This document shows positions 57,795 to 64,000 of a DNA stretch of 64,000 bases, in pieces (the stretch's first letter is position 1; the number at the start of each line of letters is the position of its first letter). The notes under the pieces are model-generated. The model was not told the DNA's origin. It saw only the letters and a list, made by a program, of their open reading frames with translations, and searched no databases. The stretch lies in IMG/VR virus record IMGVR_UViG_3300032316_000223, positions 2,487 through 66,486 of that record, one strand, 5' to 3'. The position numbers were made by a program, and so were the translations under genes. Origin of the DNA: a virus.

Positions 57795-58126
57795 AACTAA
57801 AACCAGTTTATGAAGATGTTAAACATTTTAATTGTAACGATCTTTATCTTCGTTCCGTTGGAGCACCTTCGGGCAATTCAATTTGGAAAACATGTCACTC
57901 TATAGCACAGATGCTTATAGAAAAAAATATAGCGTATGGAGATTCTGCTCTTGATCCTGTAAGAATTTTTAGTAAGTCAGACCCAGCAGAACAACTTAAA
58001 GTTAGAATTGATGACAAGTTAAGTCGTTTAATGAAAGGTACAGACTACCCTGGAGATAATGACATTGATGATTTAATAGGATACTTAGTTTTATTAAAAA
58101 TAGCAAAGGAAAAAAATGTCAACTGA
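57791..58126 (+). CDS. nucleotide-modification-associated domain 1 (DUF1599)-like protein
   Basis: KN..YGDS, RI.DKL.R, DLIGY..L. Confidence 0.65.
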   Translation: MKLKPVYEDVKHFNCNDLYLRSVGAPSGNSIWKTCHSIAQMLIEKNIAYGDSALDPVRIFSKSDPAEQLKVRIDDKLSRLMKGTDYPGDNDIDDLIGYLVLLKIAKEKNVN

Positions 58127-58649
58127 ATCAGAACTAATTGAGCATCTTGATGAAGTTAATAAGGTAGTTACAGAATACCTTAAAGGGCAAGATCCAACAA
58201 AAATTTCTAAAGAATTGGATATTCCACGTACTCGTGTTGTTTCATTAATTAATGAGTGGAAGGTTATGGCATCTGCAAATGATGCAATTCGTGCACGGGC
58301 TAAAGAAGCCCTTGCGGGTGCTGATACTCATTATAGTAAACTAATCACGAAGGCTTATGAAGTTATTGATGAATCAAGTTTAACTAATAATCTTAGTGCA
58401 AAAACTCAGGCAATTAAGTTAGTTATGGATATTGAAAAATCTAGAATTGAAATGTTACAAAAAGCAGGGCTTTTAGAAAACAAAGAACTTGCAGAAGAAA
58501 TGGTTGAAATTGAAAGGCGACAAGAGGTTCTTGTTGAAATCTTAAGAGACATTGCTTCAACTCATCCAGAGGTTCGTGATTTAATTATGAAGCGTCTTTC
58601 TCAAATTGCTAAAGAGGGAGAGGTAATTACCATTGTCCAAGATGTTTAA
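58116..58649 (+). CDS. terminase small subunit (putative)
   Basis: N-terminal HTH plus helical coiled-coil, directly before TerL. Confidence 0.65.
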   Translation: MSTESELIEHLDEVNKVVTEYLKGQDPTKISKELDIPRTRVVSLINEWKVMASANDAIRARAKEALAGADTHYSKLITKAYEVIDESSLTNNLSAKTQAIKLVMDIEKSRIEMLQKAGLLENKELAEEMVEIERRQEVLVEILRDIASTHPEVRDLIMKRLSQIAKEGEVITIVQDV

Positions 58650-60417
58650 TGACTTCTTAGAAGTTTTAAAAGAAAATCAATTTGACGAAATTCCAGTAGA
58701 CGCAAAGACATTTGTTGAGTCTGCTGATTATCTTGGACAGCCACAACTATCCTTAATTCAGTATGAAATTGTAGAGGCAATGAGCCAGATTTATCGTAAA
58801 GAAGAATTACAAGAAATTTTTGGATCTGTTGCTGGCTCCCACTATTTTGATAAATATACAAAAAATGAAATTATTTTGCAACTTGGCAAGGGATCTGGAA
58901 AAGACTTTGTATCAACGGTAGCCTGTGCATACATAGTATACAAACTATTGTGTCTTAAAGATCCTGCTAGGTATTATGGAAAACCAAGCGGGGATGCAAT
59001 TGATATCATAAACGTAGCCATTAACGCACAACAAGCAAAGAACGTATTTTTTAAAGGATTTAAAACTAAGATAGAGAAATCACCATGGTTTGCAGGAAAG
59101 TATAACGCAAAGGCTGACAGTATTGAGTTTGATAAATCAATCACCGTTTACTCTGGACATTCAGAAAGAGAGTCGCATGAAGGTTTAAACTTGTTGCTTG
59201 CAGTTCTTGATGAAATTTCTGGTTTTGCATCTGAGGTTGGAACTGGTAATGAGCAAGGCAAGACTGCAGAAAATATTTATAAAGCATTTCGTGGGTCTGT
59301 AGATTCTCGTTTTCCAGATTTAGGAAAAGTAGTATTGCTTTCATTCCCCCGCTATCAAGGTGACTTTATTTCCAAAAGATATGAAGATGTCATTGCAGAA
59401 AAAGAAACCATTGAAAAGAAACATCTTTTTATTATGAATGAAGACTTGCCACACGATGATCCAAATAACCAATTTGAAATTTCATGGGACGAAGATACTA
59501 TTCTTTCTTACAAGGTTCCAAAAGTTTTAGCACTTAAAAAAACAACGTGGGATGTAAACCCTACTAGAAAAATAGATGATTTTAAATTAGCATTCTATAC
59601 AGATCTTGGTGATGCAATGATGCGGTTTGCATGTACACCAACATTTGCATCAGACGCATTCTTTAAAGATAAAGCAAAATTAGAAAAAGTAATGACATTA
59701 AGAAATCCAGTTGACAATTTTAGAAGGTTTGATGAATCATTTAAACCTGATCCAGAAAAGATATACTATATTCACGCTGACCTTGCACAAAAGCATGACA
59801 AGTGTGCTGTAGCAATTGCTCACGTAGATAAATGGGTAAACATTCAAGTTATTAAAGATTATGAGCAAGTAGCACCAATGGTTATTGTTGATGCAGTTGC
59901 CTGGTGGGAACCAAAAGCGGAAGGTCCAGTTAATTTATCAGAAGTAAAGCAATGGATAATTAATTTACGCAGACAAGGATTTAATATTGGGGTTGTTTCT
60001 TTTGACCGTTGGCAGTCATTTGATATTCAACAGGAATTAAAGGCAGTAGGAATCAAAACTGATACTGTTTCTGTTGCTAAAAAACACTACGAAGACTTAG
60101 CAATGATGGTATATGAAGAAAGAGTTGCAATACCAAGAATTCCTTTATTACTGGAAGAGATGTCAGAACTCAAAATTATGAAAAATACTAGGGTTGATCA
60201 CCCACGTAAAAAATCTAAGGACCTAGCAGATGCTGTATGTGGCGCTGTATTTGGAGCAATATCACATACACCTAAAGATTCTAACCATGAGATTGAGATT
60301 CATACTTGGTCTACTTCTGCACGACTTGCAGAGAAACAAAGGGATATGGTAGAATTAGACAACAAGGAAATGCCTAAAGATGTTAGAGATTTTCTTGATA
60401 GATTAAACATAATATAA
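58633..60417 (+). CDS. terminase large subunit
   Basis: GKGSGKD Walker A, VLDE Walker B, HADLA, FDRWQS, DHP...SKDLADA nuclease motifs. Confidence 0.9.
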   Translation: MSKMFNDFLEVLKENQFDEIPVDAKTFVESADYLGQPQLSLIQYEIVEAMSQIYRKEELQEIFGSVAGSHYFDKYTKNEIILQLGKGSGKDFVSTVACAYIVYKLLCLKDPARYYGKPSGDAIDIINVAINAQQAKNVFFKGFKTKIEKSPWFAGKYNAKADSIEFDKSITVYSGHSERESHEGLNLLLAVLDEISGFASEVGTGNEQGKTAENIYKAFRGSVDSRFPDLGKVVLLSFPRYQGDFISKRYEDVIAEKETIEKKHLFIMNEDLPHDDPNNQFEISWDEDTILSYKVPKVLALKKTTWDVNPTRKIDDFKLAFYTDLGDAMMRFACTPTFASDAFFKDKAKLEKVMTLRNPVDNFRRFDESFKPDPEKIYYIHADLAQKHDKCAVAIAHVDKWVNIQVIKDYEQVAPMVIVDAVAWWEPKAEGPVNLSEVKQWIINLRRQGFNIGVVSFDRWQSFDIQQELKAVGIKTDTVSVAKKHYEDLAMMVYEERVAIPRIPLLLEEMSELKIMKNTRVDHPRKKSKDLADAVCGAVFGAISHTPKDSNHEIEIHTWSTSARLAEKQRDMVELDNKEMPKDVRDFLDRLNII

Positions 60418-60433
60418 ATAAACAAGGAGAATA

Positions 60434-62110
60434 ATGAATTCATTTAAGAAAATTGCCCTAGGACTCGCTGCAGCCATGTCCTTTGGCGTATTATCTGCAC
60501 TTCCGACACATGCTACGGTGATTGCACCAACCTTGACAATTGATTCTGCTACAGACTCAATTCTCGTAGGTGAAACTGCAACAGCAGTAGTTTCGTTGTC
60601 ATATATTTCAGAAACATCAGCAGACACAGCAACTGTGCTATCTGCTATGTTTGCACAGCCTTCTACGGCTAACAAGTCTGCAACACTTACATTGCTTGAA
60701 ACAAATACAGCAACAGTGGTAATTGCAGGAGATAGTTTGACTGCAAATGTTAACTCAACAGTTAATACAACAGGATATGTAACAGCAAAGTTTACAGTTA
60801 CCTTGGCAGCGCCAACAGTTGCTGGAACATATGAGGCAAGAATTATTACAACTCGCCCATCAACTGGTCCATCAGTTATATGGACAATAACAGTTGGTGC
60901 TGGAGACACAGTTCCTTCTGCTTCAACAACAACTTCAATTCTTAACAGAGGCGAAGTAATTACTGCAACAGCAGATGATTCAGTATTTGCACCAAAGGTA
61001 GCAGCAGCAGATGCAGCAGCAGTTATTGTTATTGCACAAAAAAATGCATCAGGTAGAACAACTTCAGAATCACTTCTTGCTACAGTAACTGGATCAGGAT
61101 CAATTGGATATGGCACTAACGCTACAACAATGTCGGTTCTTGGTCGTGCACTTGTTATTCCTTCAGGAAATTACATTGGTGTATTTTCTGACGGTACAGC
61201 AGGAGTTGGAACAATTACAATTACAACCCTTACAGGTACAGTACTTGCAACAGAAAAGGTAACATTCTACGGAGATATTGCAACAATTGAAGCAACTGCC
61301 GTTAAGTCTGTTATTGCAGTTGGTGCAAATACAACTACCGTCAAAGCAGTTGCAAAGGATGCTTCTGGCGTAACAGTCGGAGCAGGAACTCTTTATGCAT
61401 ATTCGTCAGATGTAACAACAGTATCTGATTCAGCAACAGCAACAACAATTGTTAACGGTGAAGCCGTATTTACAATTACTGGTGTTAAGACTGGTGGAGC
61501 AGCAATTACAGTTAAGTCTGGAACAATTGCATCAGCACCAGTTTCTACTCGTGTAGAAGCAGCAGCAGCAACTGTAAAGATTTCATTTGATAAGGCTACA
61601 TACCTTCCAGGTGAGGCAGCAACAGTTAAAGTTCAAGTTCTTGATGCAGTAGGTCTTCCAGTTTCTGGTAAGACACACTCAGCACTATTTGCAACAGGTG
61701 GAATTACTTCTACTTATGCATTTGGTTCAGGATCTGAGGCACTTACAGCAACATCAGTTACAACTGATACAGATACAGCAAAGTCATATAAGGTATACAT
61801 GCCTTTGACTGAAAACACTGTAACACTTTCAGCAACTGGTGGTACATCCCTACCTCTAGCAGGACAGGTTGCAGTAACCGCATCAGCAACAGTTTCAAAT
61901 TCTTCTTCTAGCACAAACGCTACTCTTGCAGCATTAGTTGCACAGATTACCGCAATGCAGGGAATTTTTGATAGCCTAAAGGCAGAAGTTGCAACAGAAA
62001 AGGCTAAGTCAATTACTGATCGTGCTGCTTTTGTAAAGCAATACAATGTACTTGCTACAAAGTGGAACAAGAAAAATCCAAAGGCTAAAGTAAAACTTTT
62101 AACTAAGTAA
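60434..62110 (+). CDS. secreted Ala/Thr/Val-rich surface protein with Ig-like domains
   Basis: Signal peptide MNSFKKIALGLAAAMSFGVLSALPTHA; beta-rich repeats (FDKATY.PGE); basic coiled-coil C-terminus. Confidence 0.7.
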   Translation: MNSFKKIALGLAAAMSFGVLSALPTHATVIAPTLTIDSATDSILVGETATAVVSLSYISETSADTATVLSAMFAQPSTANKSATLTLLETNTATVVIAGDSLTANVNSTVNTTGYVTAKFTVTLAAPTVAGTYEARIITTRPSTGPSVIWTITVGAGDTVPSASTTTSILNRGEVITATADDSVFAPKVAAADAAAVIVIAQKNASGRTTSESLLATVTGSGSIGYGTNATTMSVLGRALVIPSGNYIGVFSDGTAGVGTITITTLTGTVLATEKVTFYGDIATIEATAVKSVIAVGANTTTVKAVAKDASGVTVGAGTLYAYSSDVTTVSDSATATTIVNGEAVFTITGVKTGGAAITVKSGTIASAPVSTRVEAAAATVKISFDKATYLPGEAATVKVQVLDAVGLPVSGKTHSALFATGGITSTYAFGSGSEALTATSVTTDTDTAKSYKVYMPLTENTVTLSATGGTSLPLAGQVAVTASATVSNSSSSTNATLAALVAQITAMQGIFDSLKAEVATEKAKSITDRAAFVKQYNVLATKWNKKNPKAKVKLLTK

Positions 62111-62123
62111 AACTTTATAAATT

Positions 62124-62157
62124 AGAGGGTTAGCCAAGTGCTAGCCCTCTTTTTTAT
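62124..62157 (+). terminator. rho-independent terminator
   Basis: AGAGGGTTAGC-caagt-GCTAGCCCTCT plus T tract. Confidence 0.8.
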
Positions 62158-62167
62158 TGGATAAAAA

Positions 62168-62176
62168 TGGTATAAT
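62168..62176 (+). promoter_or_regulatory. extended -10 promoter for the last surface-protein gene
   Basis: TGGTATAAT immediately after a terminator. Confidence 0.7.
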
Positions 62177-62211
62177 TGCTAATATAACTACACATTGGAG
62201 ATTATACATAA

Positions 62212-64000
62212 TTGATTAGCCTCAAGCGCAAAATACTATTGGCTTTGGGGGTAGGTCTATGTTTAACAATTTTTGGTATTATGGCGCCTAACGAGGCCTA
62301 TGCTACGGACAATCAAGAGCAGGTAGTTGTTAGCCCTGCCCAGCAAGCAGTTAATACAGCCCTTGCAACGGCTACTACAGAGGTTCAACAGGCTATTGCA
62401 GCCACAGATACTGCTACAGCCACCATAGCCGTAGCAGTTGCTGAAAGGGTAGAGGCTCAAGCAGCAGTAGACACATTAACAGCCACAGTAGCGGTAGCAC
62501 AATCAAATGTAGCCTTAGTAGACACAGCCACCGCAACAATTAATGCTATAGATTTATCTGTTACTTCAGTGGACCAAAGTTCACAATTAGTTCAAGATGC
62601 AAAAAATACAATTACAACAGCCCAAACCTCCATAAATAATATTGATACATCCACTGCACAGGTACAAATATCTGAGGCTACTGCAGCAAGAACTTTAGCA
62701 GTTACAGCACGAACAACTGCTCAAAACGAACTAACCCAAGCCAACATTGCAATTGATAATGCTCAAACAGCAGTAAATAATTTACAAGCCACTATTGGAA
62801 CTAGCACTAATGTCCTTGCTGGCGTAGACGATGCTGGCGTTAAAATGAATCTTCCATTCGGAATGCAAATGGGTGGAAATTTATATAACAATGTATTTGT
62901 TGGGTCTAATGCAACTATAACATTTGGTGTAAATGAAGGAGCAAATTATTATTCAACTCCAAATGCTCCATCTGTATCTATTGCTGGCTGGGATTGGACA
63001 ACCTGGAGCACAGGAACTGGAATTACATATGCAACTACTGGAACAAGTTTAGATATTGCATGGGACCTTCGCCCTTATCCACAACAAGATGCTTCAACAC
63101 AGATGGTTCAAGTAAGATTTAATGCAGATGTTAATCCAACAGATGGTGCCTGGATGGCAAGTGTAACTGCCAATGGACCAATCCCAAATGGCGCTAGGTT
63201 TAACGTAAGAGAAACAACTGGTGGCGTGGTAACGGCTATTGCTAACACAGATACTGCTACCGCTACTGTAGGGTTTGCTGGAACAATTAGTCAAGGCGCA
63301 GAATTTACTCCATATGTAGATCCAAATACAGAAACAGTTCAGGCAGAAGTTGACGCAGCAAACGCTACAATTGCACAATTAAACTCAAGCCTTACTCCAG
63401 TAGTTGCTCAAAATACTACAAATACATCAGCAATAAATGCTATTAATACAACATCTTTAACTAATACCGTAAACTCAGCGGTATCTAGTAAGACAAATTT
63501 ACAAACACAACTAAATACAAATGCTCAAGAGTTAATTACAGCAATTAGCACTAATATTCCTACTCCTGCTCCAATAATTTTAGAAACAGTTGTTCAGGGT
63601 ACAGTAGTTACCATAGCGCCAGAACTTCCAACAGGGTATACAGCAAATACTTGGTTTTATCAGGTAGAAACTGAAGATCCTAATGCAGAAAATCCATATG
63701 AGGGTGGTACCTATAATACAAGTGGCGCTCCAGAATCTATTGAATTAACTGGTTTGACAGAAGGCGCTACATATTCTATTAGAGTTGCTAACTGGTCAGG
63801 GCCTGTAAGTGAATATGCAGAAGTAGTTGTTTCTATACCCGCACCACAAGGTTCTAATTTAACTACTGGTGGTCCAGTTAATACAACTCCTGTAGATACA
63901 ACTCCAGTTAATACAACTCCTGTAGATACAACTCCAGTTAATACAACTCCTGTAGATACAACTCCAGTTAATACAACTCCTGTAGATACAGAACCTATAA
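62212..64000 (+). CDS. large secreted surface protein (coiled-coil, NIDO-like, FN3, Pro/Thr stalk), truncated by window end
   Basis: Hand-translated open frame from TTG 62212 (MISLKRKILLALGVGLCLTIFG...AYA); DDAG..MNLPF...G..Y..VFVGSNATITFG; LTGL..GATYSIRVA; missing from the ORF track because there is no stop. Confidence 0.75.
   Translation, partial: MISLKRKILLALGVGLCLTIFGIMAPNEAYATDNQEQVVVSPAQQAVNTALATATTEVQQAIAATDTATATIAVAVAERVEAQAAVDTLTATVAVAQSNVALVDTATATINAIDLSVTSVDQSSQLVQDAKNTITTAQTSINNIDTSTAQVQISEATAARTLAVTARTTAQNELTQANIAIDNAQTAVNNLQATIGTSTNVLAGVDDAGVKMNLPFGMQMGGNLYNNVFVGSNATITFGVNEGANYYSTPNAPSVSIAGWDWTTWSTGTGITYATTGTSLDIAWDLRPYPQQDASTQMVQVRFNADVNPTDGAWMASVTANGPIPNGARFNVRETTGGVVTAIANTDTATATVGFAGTISQGAEFTPYVDPNTETVQAEVDAANATIAQLNSSLTPVVAQNTTNTSAINAINTTSLTNTVNSAVSSKTNLQTQLNTNAQELITAISTNIPTPAPIILETVVQGTVVTIAPELPTGYTANTWFYQVETEDPNAENPYEGGTYNTSGAPESIELTGLTEGATYSIRVANWSGPVSEYAEVVVSIPAPQGSNLTTGGPVNTTPVDTTPVNTTPVDTTPVNTTPVDTTPVNTTPVDTEPI
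63874..63990 (+). repeat. perfect 30-bp tandem repeat (about 4 copies) encoding PVNTTPVDTT
   Basis: CCAGTTAATACAACTCCTGTAGATACAACT x3 plus 27 nt. Confidence 0.95.

Noticed and set aside
16323-60417. Inteins or introns in nrdJ, dnaB, dnaE, recA or terL
   Set aside because: Lengths are normal, motifs are contiguous and no splice-junction or homing-endonuclease motifs were seen
63874-63990. 30-bp repeats as a CRISPR array
   Set aside because: Head-to-tail with no spacers, and in frame within a coding sequence
1-64000. tRNA/rRNA genes, integrase, transposase, alternative genetic code
   Set aside because: No T-loop/cloverleaf signature or recombinase motif noticed; genes are intact under the standard code with all three stops used

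Overview
This is a 64-kb, AT-rich segment of a large lytic tailed (siphovirus-type) phage. Gene content and order resemble large actinobacteriophages of the Streptomyces BE/BK type and their freshwater-Actinobacteria relatives; this is an inference from gene content, a DUF2746-like membrane protein and many leaderless genes. From left to right it holds: small early-type ORFs (1-1.7 kb); a minus-strand operon of a restriction-endonuclease-like protein and two Cys-cluster proteins; an AT-rich repeat region with a candidate sRNA; about 12 kb of fibre/appendage genes in three cassettes, with a sulfotransferase and an antisense secreted lysozyme-like gene; class II ribonucleotide reductase; head and tail modules (portal, protease-scaffold, capsid, head-tail connectors, major tail protein, two tail chaperones, 2112-aa tape measure, tail tip); a replication/recombination module (DnaB, primase, SSB, DnaE, RecA, two resolvases, Cas4-like nuclease); terminase; and two secreted cell-surface-type proteins, the last truncated by the window end. 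The most notable observations are: (1) by eye the window appears to lack the palindromes AGCT, TCGA, CCGG and CGCG, while carrying an orphan restriction-enzyme-like gene and no methyltransferase; (2) the usual G/GT tail-chaperone frameshift seems replaced by a gene duplication with separate promoters; (3) a plug-and-socket fibre system with repeated adaptors and docking peptides; (4) a candidate C-rich-loop sRNA; (5) a nested scaffold gene; (6) host-type surface proteins. All calls come from reading the sequence; no searches were run.
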